Source: a virus. Taken from it: a DNA stretch of 64,000 nt. The notes under the pieces were generated by a model. That model was not told the DNA's origin, did not search any database, and saw only the letters and a list, made by a program, of their open reading frames with translations. Positions 6,897 through 16,861 of the stretch are shown here, piece after piece (position 1 is the stretch's first letter; every line of letters starts with the position of its first letter). The position numbers were made by a program, and so were the translations under genes. The stretch is taken from positions 1-64,000 of IMG/VR virus record IMGVR_UViG_3300046810_000256; one strand, 5' to 3'.

Positions 6897-9800
6897 TTAG
6901 AAGGCCTCCGCCGTGGCTTTGAGTGCGTGCTGGCTGTACGCCTCGGCTGCATCGGCAAACAAGCCGCTCAGCTCGCCCTCACCGTAGGCCGCGTAGATAC
7001 GCTCCAGCTCTTTCATCACGCTGTCAGGGTCGCCCAGGTCGGCGGAACCATCAATGATGCTGTCAAGGTAGGCTTTGGCTTTCTGCAAGGCGGTGTCCTT
7101 TTCGTCGGTGGTCTGCTCAGCCGTCTGTGCCGGGGGCTGGCTGAAGAGGTCATTCTGCTCGATGGCGAACACACCTTCACCGAATTCCTTTTCAAGCTCG
7201 GTGTTGGCGGCCTTGACGATATCGGCAAAGGTGGCGGGCTCATCACCGAACAGACCGGCAGTCTGCTTGCGACGTGCTTCCGACTCCACGAACTGCGCCA
7301 TGGCCTTGAACGCGGCGCCGAGGCGCTTGGCGCTACGGTTGTTCTTGCTGATGAACATCGCCATTGCAGCCACGGACGGATCGACGTCACCGAACATATC
7401 GCTTTGGCGCAGGAACTCGTCCAGGCCCATCCCGCTGTCCTTGGCTTTACGCAACACGTTGGTGGCGTTGATGATCGCGTTTACCGCTTCCTGATCCAGC
7501 GACAGTTCCAGAGAGTCGGTCACCTTCTCGCCAGCGGCCTCGGCGCCTACCGCGTCCAGTTCCTTGGCGCGCATGAAGTCAGGCGCGGCCATGTTCAGCG
7601 CGCTGACGATGTTGGCAATCTCGGGCTTGCTGGAATCGGCGGTGAGCTCCAGCAGGCGGTCGTCGGAATAGGCGCCAGCAAAGAGCGCGGCCTGCACGCG
7701 GTTGACCAGACTGGCGGTCGGGCGCCCGTCGGTGGTCATGTACTGAGCCGCTTCAGCATCGCCCAGGCTTTGCAGGAACGCGCTGACAAAATCGCGGTTC
7801 GCGGCACTGGTGAGGTCGCCGTCGGCCAGCTTCGCCATCATGGCAGTGTCGAGGCGCTTGGCATCGCTGCGGGCCTTCTCAGTCGCAGTCATGGCCAGCT
7901 TGTCGTCTTGGTTGGCTTCTACGGCGAACTCAGCGCGATCCACGGCACTGACGCGCACACGCACCAGCACCGGGGCTTTCATGCTCTCGATTTTGCTGGC
8001 GCTGACTTTGAAGTAGTCGGCGTGCTCCAGCAGCCACTGGCGGTATTCGTCGGCCTGGCCAATGCGGTATGCCTCACGGATGGCCATGGCGCGACCGTTA
8101 CCGGATTCCACCACGCGGTCTTTACCGACGATAGGCGCGCCACTGTCGGCACGGTTGGTGCGCCCCAGGCTGTCCGGATCAAGATTGCGGGCCGTCTTCT
8201 GCACCCACGCCTGAGACGTCGCACGCGCACGGTCACGCGGTTGCAGCTCGCTCGGGTAGTCCGGGTTCGCGGTACCGTCGGATTCGTGGCTGATGATCAG
8301 GTTTTTAGCGTCAATCACCTTGAAGCCGGTGACAACCTTCGTCCCCTTGGCGGTTTTAACGGTGTTCTCGCGGCCTTCGGGTTCAATCTCGCCAGAGTCG
8401 TCGTTATTGGCAGGGTCAGATACACCAGACAGGTCAACAACCTCGCCAACCTTCGATTCGAAGTCATCGGTATTCAGCAGCTTCGTCATGTACTGCTTGC
8501 CGTCTTTGTCGAAGTACACGTTTTCGGCGCCGACACTCAGAACCGTTGCAGAACCTAATGCAGCAACGTCCTTGTAGTCCTCCAGAATCGTGCTGCTGGT
8601 CGACACTGCCGGGATTGTCTCCTGAGCCTTTTTCAGATCGCGCAGACCGAATCCGTCTACCTTGGCCTTGGCAGCGCTCACGAGGTCACGCCCGATACCG
8701 GCCAGAATTTCGTCTTTGGTGCCGCTGGCGCCCAAGCTGAAGCCAGCTTTCAGCACGAGCTCACGCAGCGCATCAACATCGTCGATTGCATCCAGCACAC
8801 CCAGCGCACCCATCGCGTTACCGGCGACCAGCGCCGCGGTCAGCTTCTCCAGATCGGTGCGGTTGTCCCGCAGGCTTGGGTCATCGCCGAGCATGTCCGG
8901 CTGCGCGTCAGGCTTCAGCGATGCCGCTTGCTCGCTGACTTCTGATGCTTCCGGCCCACGATACCCGGCGTCCCACAGCTGTTTCGCCATGTCGGCGATG
9001 TCTTTGACCAGATTCCCGTAATACGCATCGTCTGACGACATGTCGGCGAGTCTGGCGCGAGCACCCGCCAGCATTTCCAGCAAACGTGCGATCTTCTGCG
9101 CCTCAGGATCGTCGGCGCCGTTGCCATGGTCTTGATTGTCCAGGCCAGCGGTCTGTTGCGCTTCCAGCGTGCGCAGCATTTCGGAAACGTCCGCCAAGTA
9201 ATTGCTGGCGTTGATGGTGGCGAGAATGCCGCCGCTGTCGATGGCCGCCTGAGTCTCGGCGATAGTGGTGGTCAGCCAGGCAATGGCGTTTTTCTTGTTG
9301 CCACCCTTACCGACAATCGAACGCCCGGTTTTCTTGCCGGACTGGACGGCGACCAGATCCGCTTTGTGCTCTGCGAGCTTGGTGGTCAGTGTGTCGACGG
9401 TGAAGCCTTTCTGCTCGCCGCTCGCCACCTGCGCCATGAACTCTTCGCGAGTGAGTGGCGTGCCGCCCAGCGCTTTGATCTTCTCCGCGATGCCATCGGC
9501 TTGCGCCAGGTACTGCTCGGCGTATTCGGATGCCTTGGCCGCAATGCCTTCTGGCGTGGTTTCCGTGCTAGCGACCGGCGCGGGGAGCTTGTCGACTTTG
9601 GCTTGCAGATCCGCAACCTGCTCATCAAGGCTTTGCAGCTCGGCGACCTTGCTCTGCACCTGGCCCTTGAGTTCTTCGATTTTGGCGGCGCTCTCAGCAC
9701 TGGCGCCGCTGGCCTTGATGAACTTCGCGCTGTTCTTCTCCACCAGCGTCATGATGCGGCGGGCCACTTGCCGCGGGCTGATGTCCTGGCCGCGCTCGGG

Positions 9801-10787
9801 CGCCACTACAACGGTGATGTCTTTCTTGTTCAGCACCCACTTCCAGCTGATCAGTTCGTCCGTGGCCGTGAGCCGGTTGGGCGTGCTGTCTGGATTGTGA
9901 AAGAACACCGACACGGTCTGGCCGTCGCTCATCGTGAACAGCATAGCCACCTGAGTGGTGCCGCGATTCTTGAATGGCTGGCTGACTTCTACGGCGTCGA
10001 CCTTGACCGTGCTGGCCGCGGCCTTCATCACGCGCAGCAGCTGGTTTGCCTTGCGGTCAAACTGGGCGTACTCGATCACCATGGCATCGAGCATGTGCCC
10101 ATCACTCAGCAGCTCGGTGATGTCGGCCATCGTTGCGCTGTCGAGCAGCAGTTTGTCGGGATCGCTCCGGCGCAGGCCATACATCACCTCACCCAAGGTC
10201 ATGCCCGCGGGCAGATTGTCCTCGCCCCAGGCCACTACGGCGCCGGTCATAGGTGTCACCTCATCATCAATCAGGTCGGCGGCCTCAAGTGGCCGGGTTA
10301 GATCGCCTGACTTGAGCCAGGCCTTGAACTGTTTCACGGAGCACACCACGTAGCTGCCCATGCCCTGCCAGCCGCGCTCATAGCTATTGCTGTAGGCCGA
10401 GAGAGCGCCGTCGACGTCGTGAAAGCCCAGCACTGCCTTGTGCTCATCAAAGGTGCGGTCTTTCTTCACCTGATTCACAACGACCACCAGCGTACTTTCA
10501 GGGGTCGGCCCCACGTACACGTCAAACGCATCACCGTCGGCGCCGGTATAGCCGTTGAGGTAGCCGTAGTTCGCCATGCAGACAATCGACCACGGCTCGC
10601 CGTCAGCCTTGCCTGTGCGCGGGGTGAACATCGGGGTTTCAATGGTGAAGTTCATGCCGTGCAGGCGCACGCTGCCCTTCGGGTAGTTGCCCGCCCGGAC
10701 TTGTGCCGGGGTCGGCGCGCGTTTTACGCCAAGGCCGAACGCACCGCTATGCGCGGCGGCGTTCAACTTTGCATAGGGATCAGTCAT
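6897..10787 (-). CDS. darA: DarA-like antirestriction/polyvalent head protein (inorganic pyrophosphatase-like + DarA N-terminal + DdrB-type ParB domains)
   Basis: YGYLNGYTGADGDAFDVYVG...FDEHKAVLGF (InPase); SDGQTVSVFFHNPD...SWKWVLNKKDIT (DarA_N); LQPRDR...GAPIV...VESGNGR (ddrB-ParB). Confidence 0.8.
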   Translation of the reverse strand: MTDPYAKLNAAAHSGAFGLGVKRAPTPAQVRAGNYPKGSVRLHGMNFTIETPMFTPRTGKADGEPWSIVCMANYGYLNGYTGADGDAFDVYVGPTPESTLVVVVNQVKKDRTFDEHKAVLGFHDVDGALSAYSNSYERGWQGMGSYVVCSVKQFKAWLKSGDLTRPLEAADLIDDEVTPMTGAVVAWGEDNLPAGMTLGEVMYGLRRSDPDKLLLDSATMADITELLSDGHMLDAMVIEYAQFDRKANQLLRVMKAAASTVKVDAVEVSQPFKNRGTTQVAMLFTMSDGQTVSVFFHNPDSTPNRLTATDELISWKWVLNKKDITVVVAPERGQDISPRQVARRIMTLVEKNSAKFIKASGASAESAAKIEELKGQVQSKVAELQSLDEQVADLQAKVDKLPAPVASTETTPEGIAAKASEYAEQYLAQADGIAEKIKALGGTPLTREEFMAQVASGEQKGFTVDTLTTKLAEHKADLVAVQSGKKTGRSIVGKGGNKKNAIAWLTTTIAETQAAIDSGGILATINASNYLADVSEMLRTLEAQQTAGLDNQDHGNGADDPEAQKIARLLEMLAGARARLADMSSDDAYYGNLVKDIADMAKQLWDAGYRGPEASEVSEQAASLKPDAQPDMLGDDPSLRDNRTDLEKLTAALVAGNAMGALGVLDAIDDVDALRELVLKAGFSLGASGTKDEILAGIGRDLVSAAKAKVDGFGLRDLKKAQETIPAVSTSSTILEDYKDVAALGSATVLSVGAENVYFDKDGKQYMTKLLNTDDFESKVGEVVDLSGVSDPANNDDSGEIEPEGRENTVKTAKGTKVVTGFKVIDAKNLIISHESDGTANPDYPSELQPRDRARATSQAWVQKTARNLDPDSLGRTNRADSGAPIVGKDRVVESGNGRAMAIREAYRIGQADEYRQWLLEHADYFKVSASKIESMKAPVLVRVRVSAVDRAEFAVEANQDDKLAMTATEKARSDAKRLDTAMMAKLADGDLTSAANRDFVSAFLQSLGDAEAAQYMTTDGRPTASLVNRVQAALFAGAYSDDRLLELTADSSKPEIANIVSALNMAAPDFMRAKELDAVGAEAAGEKVTDSLELSLDQEAVNAIINATNVLRKAKDSGMGLDEFLRQSDMFGDVDPSVAAMAMFISKNNRSAKRLGAAFKAMAQFVESEARRKQTAGLFGDEPATFADIVKAANTELEKEFGEGVFAIEQNDLFSQPPAQTAEQTTDEKDTALQKAKAYLDSIIDGSADLGDPDSVMKELERIYAAYGEGELSGLFADAAEAYSQHALKATAEAF

Positions 10788-10812
10788 TTACGGGGCTCCG
10801 CTGGAAAGCCTC

Positions 10813-10853
10813 ACGATACCCCGGCATAAAACGACGGCTCGGCGCTGGTTTTC
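10813..10853 (-). promoter_or_regulatory. Late promoter motif (GAAAACC-N28-TATCGT)
   Basis: Conserved 28-nt spacing upstream of darA. Confidence 0.6.
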
Positions 10854-10867
10854 ACAATCTGCGGGCA

Positions 10868-10893
10868 CAAAAAAGGCGCCGCGGGGCGCCTTT
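10868..10893. terminator. Intrinsic terminator
   Basis: aaaaaaggcgcc-gcgg-ggcgccttt. Confidence 0.7.
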
Positions 10894-10908
10894 CGTACAG
10901 CTCGGGGA

Positions 10909-11325
10909 TCAGCCTGCTGTCATTTGCGGGTCAGGCGTTGGCGCCTGCTCCAAAAGGTCACTGGCGATCTTCGAATGCGGCACATGGGCTGCGAACGCCA
11001 TCGCCCGCACCTTATGGGCAAGTGCGGGCTCCATCCAGAGTGTCACCCGTTCCTTGTCGACGTTACTTTGATCGGCACGGGAATATTTGGGCGCCGATTC
11101 GTCAGTGCGTGCGCCTGGCTCTAGCTTCGGCACCGGCAGAGGACGAACCAAATCATTGAAAACAGCCGACTGAGGGGATTTCTTCTCAAACGCCAATGCA
11201 CGCAGCTTGAACGCCAGATTAGACGCGATATAGAACGTCATGCGCTCTTTCGGCTCAGCATTGGAGACAGGCCTGCCCATTTTCTTGCTGCGTTTAGGCG
11301 CCCGTTCTTGATCGGCTGCTGCCAT
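10909..11325 (-). CDS. Tandem ribbon-helix-helix DNA-binding protein
   Basis: Two internal repeats, KERMTFYIASNLAFKLRALAF and KERVTLWMEPALAHKVRAMAF. Confidence 0.7.
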   Translation of the reverse strand: MAAADQERAPKRSKKMGRPVSNAEPKERMTFYIASNLAFKLRALAFEKKSPQSAVFNDLVRPLPVPKLEPGARTDESAPKYSRADQSNVDKERVTLWMEPALAHKVRAMAFAAHVPHSKIASDLLEQAPTPDPQMTAG

Positions 11326-11483
11326 GTCTAGCCCTGCACTGTGGATATGGTGACATTATGATAAGGCACTTTGCCCACAAAACGAAATCGCCCAAAAAAT
11401 CAGAGAAAATGGTACGGGGATAGTTTTATATTTATCCAAAACGCACAAAACCCCGTTTTTCGGGGCTTTGTGAGGGTTTCGCG

Positions 11484-11708
11484 TCACAAGTTAGCGAGGT
11501 GTAGCCCAGGCTCTGCGTCGGGCGCCGGGCAGTTGAGCTCCGGTCGGGGCGGCCACAGTTTCTTCGCCGACATTTCACAATACCGCTCGGCGCTGGCGAT
11601 CTGTTCCTGATAGTCAGACTCGCCTACCCAGCCATAAGCACCAACAGCAGAAGCGATCAGCAAACCCGCCAGAAACGGCTTGGGCACACACTCGATAATC
11701 TTGCGCAT
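11484..11708 (-). CDS. Small membrane-anchored phage protein
   Basis: Hydrophobic FLAGLLIASAVGAYGWVG followed by DY...YC.M...WP. Confidence 0.6.
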   Translation of the reverse strand: MRKIIECVPKPFLAGLLIASAVGAYGWVGESDYQEQIASAERYCEMSAKKLWPPRPELNCPAPDAEPGLHLANL

Positions 11709-11749
11709 AACTTTTTCCCTTTCGTTTAGGCCGTAACCTTCGGCAAGAG

Positions 11750-11805
11750 AAACATTATAATTTTATTGTTTACTTCACAAGCAAAACATTAGCGTTTTAT
11801 TGTTT
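11750..11805. promoter_or_regulatory. Two palindromic operators AAACATTA-N6-TATTGTTT between divergent genes
   Basis: Copies at 11750-11771 and 11784-11805; a third at 18010-18031. Confidence 0.65.
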
Positions 11806-11818
11806 ATTTGAGGTTTCT

Positions 11819-12262
11819 ATGCAAATCATGGCTTCAGTCAGCGGGTACACCGGGGGAAGCGTCACGCTCGTGGGATTCATTGATCCTGCTACGGGAGTCC
11901 TGGCAATCGTCAAAAGCGTGAAGTTTCGGGAGGTGGCCGATGATGGATTCGCCTTCGTCACCAACACAAAGACAGAGGCCTACGATTGCCTCTTCACTGA
12001 AGAACACTGGGCCCAAGCGATTCGCGATTACATGATCGCCGAAGGAAGTCAGACGCTGGCTATCGCCGATGATGCTACGCGCTGGGCGCCCCGGCTTGAA
12101 ACGGATGGTGTCGATGAGAAGGGGCAGAAATATCGCCTGCCCGCGGACTTGCAGAATGGTGAGGTGGCTGTGCTGGCCATGGTGCATTTCCAGCAGCGCC
12201 AGAAAGCGCTAACCATCGCAGATGACGCGATGGATGAATGGTTTGACCTTGTGATGATTTAA
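11819..12262 (+). CDS. Hypothetical phage-plasmid protein, convergent with repA
   Basis: 147-aa ORF with GAGGT RBS; one of the few plus-strand genes. Confidence 0.7.
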   Translation: MQIMASVSGYTGGSVTLVGFIDPATGVLAIVKSVKFREVADDGFAFVTNTKTEAYDCLFTEEHWAQAIRDYMIAEGSQTLAIADDATRWAPRLETDGVDEKGQKYRLPADLQNGEVAVLAMVHFQQRQKALTIADDAMDEWFDLVMI

Positions 12263-13284
12263 GGCGCGGGGTCTTTCCACTTGTCGCCCTGGGAACGGTG
12301 AACCATCCGCAACATTGGCCCTTCTTTGCCGGGCTCTTCTGCAAGGGAATACTCCGGCAAGTCGTTATCCGTAATCAGCTCCCTGAGCAGCCGATTGAAT
12401 TCCTTGAGCGTGCCGTTGCTCCCGCTGCGCTCATATATCGTTTTGAACCCCCACAAAGCGGAATCTTTGCCCGCGGCCTTGCGCGCTAGCCGGTAGACAA
12501 AACGACCTATGCCTGACTCACGCAGGAAGTAGTCCGGATGCACTGTCAGTACGTCCGGTTTCGTCCCCTTTGTGATTTCGTCATACATCCAGTCGGCCAG
12601 CTTGATTTCGATATATTCGATTTTCTTGGTCTTGGCGTTACTGATAATTTTGCTCGGGCCTATCAGGTTCTCGCCTTCCGTCACCGTGCGCATTTCACCG
12701 CGCAACATGTTCGTGCGCTCGATGCCCACATACGTCGTCTGTAGCCGTTGGAGCGCTCCAGCAACGGCATCCTTCTGATTGCCACCGTTATCCTTGCGGC
12801 AAAACTTCAGCACGTCCCCAATATGAGGGCGGAAGATTTGCGAAGGCTTTTCACCTTTGCCGTCTCGATATCGGTTCATGGCTTCGGTTAAGTGCGATAC
12901 CGCCATCAGAACTATGTCGTAGTCCCATACCGAGGCCATGCCATACGGGCCGGAAGACACTTCGACAAAGCCGTCAGGGAGGTCATACCGGATGACTGAG
13001 TTTGCGCGCTTATCTTTCTTCGACAACCTGAACACCGCCACGTCCATGGTGCCGCGATTGTCGCGAGCGCCAACGTCGTACAGCAGAGGCGTGAAGAAGT
13101 CGCCTTGGACGGCGGGGATAGATTTCTTGCGCCGGTCAGGTTTGACAGGCTGACTCACTGGCTCCGCGGGGGGCGCGGGTGGGTAAATTACGGGATTCTG
13201 ATCATCGGACGGGAGCAGATCCGCCTGGGCCGCTCTGGCCTGCATATCCGCGATTTTCTGCGCAATTTTGTTCGGCGCGGCCAT
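12259..13284 (-). CDS. repA: Plasmid replication initiator (RPA/RepA family)
   Basis: MDVAVFRLSK...GMASVWDYDIV...RFVYRLARKAAG motifs; adjacent iterons. Confidence 0.85.
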   Translation of the reverse strand: MAAPNKIAQKIADMQARAAQADLLPSDDQNPVIYPPAPPAEPVSQPVKPDRRKKSIPAVQGDFFTPLLYDVGARDNRGTMDVAVFRLSKKDKRANSVIRYDLPDGFVEVSSGPYGMASVWDYDIVLMAVSHLTEAMNRYRDGKGEKPSQIFRPHIGDVLKFCRKDNGGNQKDAVAGALQRLQTTYVGIERTNMLRGEMRTVTEGENLIGPSKIISNAKTKKIEYIEIKLADWMYDEITKGTKPDVLTVHPDYFLRESGIGRFVYRLARKAAGKDSALWGFKTIYERSGSNGTLKEFNRLLRELITDNDLPEYSLAEEPGKEGPMLRMVHRSQGDKWKDPAP

Positions 13285-13354
13285 GAAATCCCCCGTCGTA
13301 GTCGATCCGTAGGGCGATAATACGGGTTTTGTGGAACGCTCGCCCTTCTGTTGT

Positions 13355-13634
13355 GGGTGGGTAAATTACGGGAATGATGCCCCTAAAGCGCTCGGGAGCC
13401 CCGAACGATAGGGACGGGCGGTGCAGTTGGTACGGTTGTCCACAGGCAAAACCCCTTAAAACCGTAATTTACCCACCCAACTGTACCGACCGCGTAATTC
13501 ACCCACCCAAAGCAGTAATTTACCCACCAACCCAAGTAATTCACCCACCCGATTCAGTAATTCACCCACCCGCCCACAAGTTTGTACACAGCCGCAAATA
13601 CAACTGGCACAAGGCCCAAGCCCGCTTATTCACA
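13355..13634. repeat. Plasmid origin: iterons GTAATT(T/C)ACCCACC and DnaA-box-like sites
   Basis: Direct copies at 13464, 13494, 13515, 13536, 13557 (the last four at 21-bp period); inverted copy at about 13356-13370; TTGTCCACA 13436, TTATTCACA 13626. Confidence 0.85.
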
Positions 13635-13697
13635 ATGCCCAAATCTTAAATTCAAAGCCGGTTAAAGCTCATAAATCCGGATGGAGCATTTTGAGTG

Positions 13698-13742
13698 ATG
13701 AGCTAGGGGTAGGTCATAGCTGTTGAGCTACCCCTAGCTCAT
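13698..13742. repeat. Perfect 15-bp inverted repeat beside the origin
   Basis: ATGAGCTAGGGGTAG-N15-CTACCCCTAGCTCAT. Confidence 0.8.
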
Positions 13743-13858
13743 TGGCTTGGAACGACCCGCGGCAGTGGTTGGCTTCGGTTTGAGTTCGGTCGGGCGACAA
13801 CGATAACAGGCGCAGCTGCCAACGCGCTGACCATTGGTGCGGCAGTAGACGGGTGCCT

Positions 13859-14257
13859 TCATTGTGCGGGGTTTTCCTTGTTGGGTGTCATTGGATAAGG
13901 GCAGTCGAACAATCCCAACCGCCCGTTGATGCTGAAGAACGGCAGCGGGCGCGGATCTCGCAGCACCATTGCTTTGTTGCCGTCCATGTACCAGGGCGAG
14001 CGGTGCTGTTCCACGCTGTCGACCACTTCAACTGACCCGATAACGCCACCGCGTAGCAGCTCAGCAGCTGGTGGCACAGTTACGCCAATGCTCTGCGCGA
14101 ACTCAGCAGCAAAGGCGTATTCCTGTTTCGTCATGCCTTTCGAAGCGTGAACCAACAACCGTCCGCGGAACTTGGTAAGCCAGCTGCGATTCTCGATATC
14201 CTTGCCGCCGTGGATGATCAGCCACGCCCACGGCTGGCGAATGCTCAGTGTTTTCAT
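13859..14257 (-). CDS. ASCH domain protein
   Basis: LSIRQPWAWLI.HGGKDIENRSW...RGRLLVHAS signature. Confidence 0.9.
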   Translation of the reverse strand: MKTLSIRQPWAWLIIHGGKDIENRSWLTKFRGRLLVHASKGMTKQEYAFAAEFAQSIGVTVPPAAELLRGGVIGSVEVVDSVEQHRSPWYMDGNKAMVLRDPRPLPFFSINGRLGLFDCPYPMTPNKENPAQ

Positions 14258-16002
14258 ACCAGCTCCAATTGCTTGCGAATGTGCGTTGCAGGTTCAGCGA
14301 CCGGCAGCACCACGTTGTTGTCCTTGAGGTATTTTTCAGCCAGCGATCTCAGGTGGTTCTCGCCCACGTCGAGGCGTTGCAGAAGATCGTCAGTAGGGTT
14401 GCGCACGCCCTCGATCTGCTCGCGCTTGATGCCCAGCACGTCAGACACAATCGGGTCGCTTCCTTCGTTGGAAAGCAGGTAGTACGCCATCACCCGGTCA
14501 ATCTGGCCATCACGGTGCAGGCGGCCCATGCACTGCTCATGCACTCCCGGTGACCAATCCAGCTCACCGAATACTGCTGAACTGCACCCATGCTGCAACC
14601 CGTCAACGCCAGCGCCAGCGCGCAGACTGATCAGCATCACACGGCTATTCCCACTGACAAATGCGTCTTTGGAGGCCTGTTTCTGGCTGGGTGACTCGCT
14701 ACCGGTGTACATAACCGGGTTGTACGCGGCCAGTTTCTCTTTCCAGATTTCGTAAACGTCGCGGTGCCATCCGAAAAGCAGAACGCGCTCTTCCGTCTCC
14801 AGCAGCAACTTCACGAACTCGGCAACGTAAGGCGCTTTGGCCACGCCGGTCGCATGACGTACCAGCAAGTCCAGCTCACCCGCCGCTTTCATCTTCTGGC
14901 CACGGTGCTGTTCGTTGGCGGCCATGATGGTTTTCGCCAGCGCTACAGCGTCCCCGGTGATGCTCTCCATCACCTTGGCGTCAAACTCGATCTCGTGGGC
15001 AATCTTCGACAGGGCTGGCAGCTCGCGGCCTACCTCGCGACGGGTACGGCGCAGCATCAGCCCTTCGCGGCGCAGGTATTCACCGAACGCTATGGAATCC
15101 TTGAGTCGAGGTTTTCCGTCATTCCCACGGTCACACCATTCGCGCAGGAATTCGTCCCAACCGCCCAACGCATCAGGGGTCAGCACGTTCACGACAAAGA
15201 AGAACTCGCCGCCGTAGTTATAGATCGGCGTGGCCGTGAGCCCCATTCTCAGATCGACCTTTTCAGCCAGGTACTTACACGCCGTATAGATTTCGCTGCC
15301 TGGGTTGCGCAGCTGCTGACACTCTTCGAATACGGCATATTGCGCGATCTCGCCCAGCACTTCCGCCCAGCCGCGCAGCTTGTGGTAACTGACCAGAATC
15401 ACGTCTGGCAGTGTGTCCCACAGGTCTTTTCGGCGTTGGCCAGACTTCTTGATCAGGTCATACGGCTTGCCGCTGTTGACGTGATGCACGCGCAGGTTTG
15501 GCAGGAACTCCGCCAGTTTCTCGGGCCAGTGGTTTGGGAGTGACGCCGGATACACGACAACGGCGGGCAAGTTGCCCTTGGCCGCCATCAGACACATGGC
15601 GGTGATGGTCTTGCCCAGTCCGAGGTCATCGGCCACCAGCAGCCCGCCGCGGATGCCTGTTTGAGCCGCTGCGAAGCGTTGGTATTCACGCGCAGGCTTT
15701 GCCAGTTCGAAGGGAGGCAGCTCTACGCGCCCAGCCAGCAGCTCGGCCAAGCTCGATTCCATGTTTACGTGCTCGGACGCCAGCTGATCCAACTTGTTGG
15801 CAGTCTCCGGCGGCATCGTCATTGGATAGCGCTGAAGAAACCACAGCAGCTCTCGGCTGTTTTCCGCGGTGGCCATCAACTTGATCGTCTCGGCAGCCTC
15901 TTGCGGGGCGCGCGGAAACACTCGCTTGAGTCGCGCCCGTACTTGCGGCTCACATTTGACATGCCAATAGCGCCCTTCGAAGGCTACTTGTCCGTAGCTC
16001 AT
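14254..16002 (-). CDS. SNF2-family helicase/ATPase
   Basis: DDLGLGKT, EECQ (variant motif II), LTATP, AGAGVDGLQ, QCMGRLHRDGQ. Confidence 0.88.
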   Translation of the reverse strand: MSYGQVAFEGRYWHVKCEPQVRARLKRVFPRAPQEAAETIKLMATAENSRELLWFLQRYPMTMPPETANKLDQLASEHVNMESSLAELLAGRVELPPFELAKPAREYQRFAAAQTGIRGGLLVADDLGLGKTITAMCLMAAKGNLPAVVVYPASLPNHWPEKLAEFLPNLRVHHVNSGKPYDLIKKSGQRRKDLWDTLPDVILVSYHKLRGWAEVLGEIAQYAVFEECQQLRNPGSEIYTACKYLAEKVDLRMGLTATPIYNYGGEFFFVVNVLTPDALGGWDEFLREWCDRGNDGKPRLKDSIAFGEYLRREGLMLRRTRREVGRELPALSKIAHEIEFDAKVMESITGDAVALAKTIMAANEQHRGQKMKAAGELDLLVRHATGVAKAPYVAEFVKLLLETEERVLLFGWHRDVYEIWKEKLAAYNPVMYTGSESPSQKQASKDAFVSGNSRVMLISLRAGAGVDGLQHGCSSAVFGELDWSPGVHEQCMGRLHRDGQIDRVMAYYLLSNEGSDPIVSDVLGIKREQIEGVRNPTDDLLQRLDVGENHLRSLAEKYLKDNNVVLPVAEPATHIRKQLELV

Positions 16003-16376
16003 AGGGATTGCCTCGCCAGCCTGAGCATCTGAAACGGCTTATCCAGCCATACCGGCGGCGACTGCAACTCTTCGCCAGCCCAGCGCGGCGTCCCGGCAAG
16101 GATCACGCCGGTCACGTCAGGCAACTTGATGTATCGCCCTACTTGGTGCAGCGCCTCGGACAGCCCACCCCCTACCTTGACCTCGATCACCAGGCCATCC
16201 AGCCAGAAGTCGGCACGATTGCGCGCATCCAGCACGCGCTCACGTTCGAACTCAATACCGTGCAGGGTCAGAACCTGTGCAATGCGCTCATGCAGCTGGA
16301 TCTCGTCGCTGTAGCGGTAGGCGTACCGGCTCAGGTGATTGGTCACCGCGCTCAGGATGAAAAGTGGATCAGCCAT
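15999..16376 (-). CDS. PD-(D/E)XK nuclease-like protein
   Basis: E...RADFWLDGLVIEVK...QVGRY. Confidence 0.7.
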   Translation of the reverse strand: MADPLFILSAVTNHLSRYAYRYSDEIQLHERIAQVLTLHGIEFERERVLDARNRADFWLDGLVIEVKVGGGLSEALHQVGRYIKLPDVTGVILAGTPRWAGEELQSPPVWLDKPFQMLRLARQSL

Positions 16377-16701
16377 GGCAGCCCTCAATCGTCAGCGGGG
16401 TGGTGTTCCACAGAGTTACGATGCGCCCGACAGACTTGCATTCGCTCTTGGCCAGCGGCACGTCTCGATTGCAAACCTTGCAGATCATCGTTTGCTGAAA
16501 AGTCCCGCGCACATTCTTCACGCCGTACTCCGTGGTGCCGTAGGTCGGGTCTTGGCCGCAGCCGCGGCACTCGCGCAGAAGGGAGAACAGCAGCTGCCGC
16601 TTACCCTCTGTCCCCAAGGCTTTTGCCACTTGGTCGACGTCTCGCTCAAACTCCGAATCGTTTTCGTAATTGGCGCGCATCAAAACCCGCTTCCGTTGCA
16701 T
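16369..16701 (-). CDS. Zinc-ribbon hypothetical (Lar-like C-terminus)
   Basis: CRGC...CKVC...WN. Confidence 0.55.
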   Translation of the reverse strand: MQRKRVLMRANYENDSEFERDVDQVAKALGTEGKRQLLFSLLRECRGCGQDPTYGTTEYGVKNVRGTFQQTMICKVCNRDVPLAKSECKSVGRIVTLWNTTPLTIEGCHG

Positions 16702-16861
16702 AAAACCCCCAAAAAACCGCCAAAAACGCGAAAACCACGGATAAATAACTATCCCCGGACATCATAGGCAAAGATTACCAGCTATTCGCTATTGTTTTGA
16801 GTGTTATTTGTAGGCCAGAAACACAAACGGCGCCGAGGGCGCCGTGTGTTTTGCGGGATGG

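Noticed and set aside
13464-13571. Possible CRISPR array
   Set aside because: Repeats are about 15 bp with 6-15 bp gaps beside repA and DnaA-like boxes. These are iterons, and there are no cas genes.
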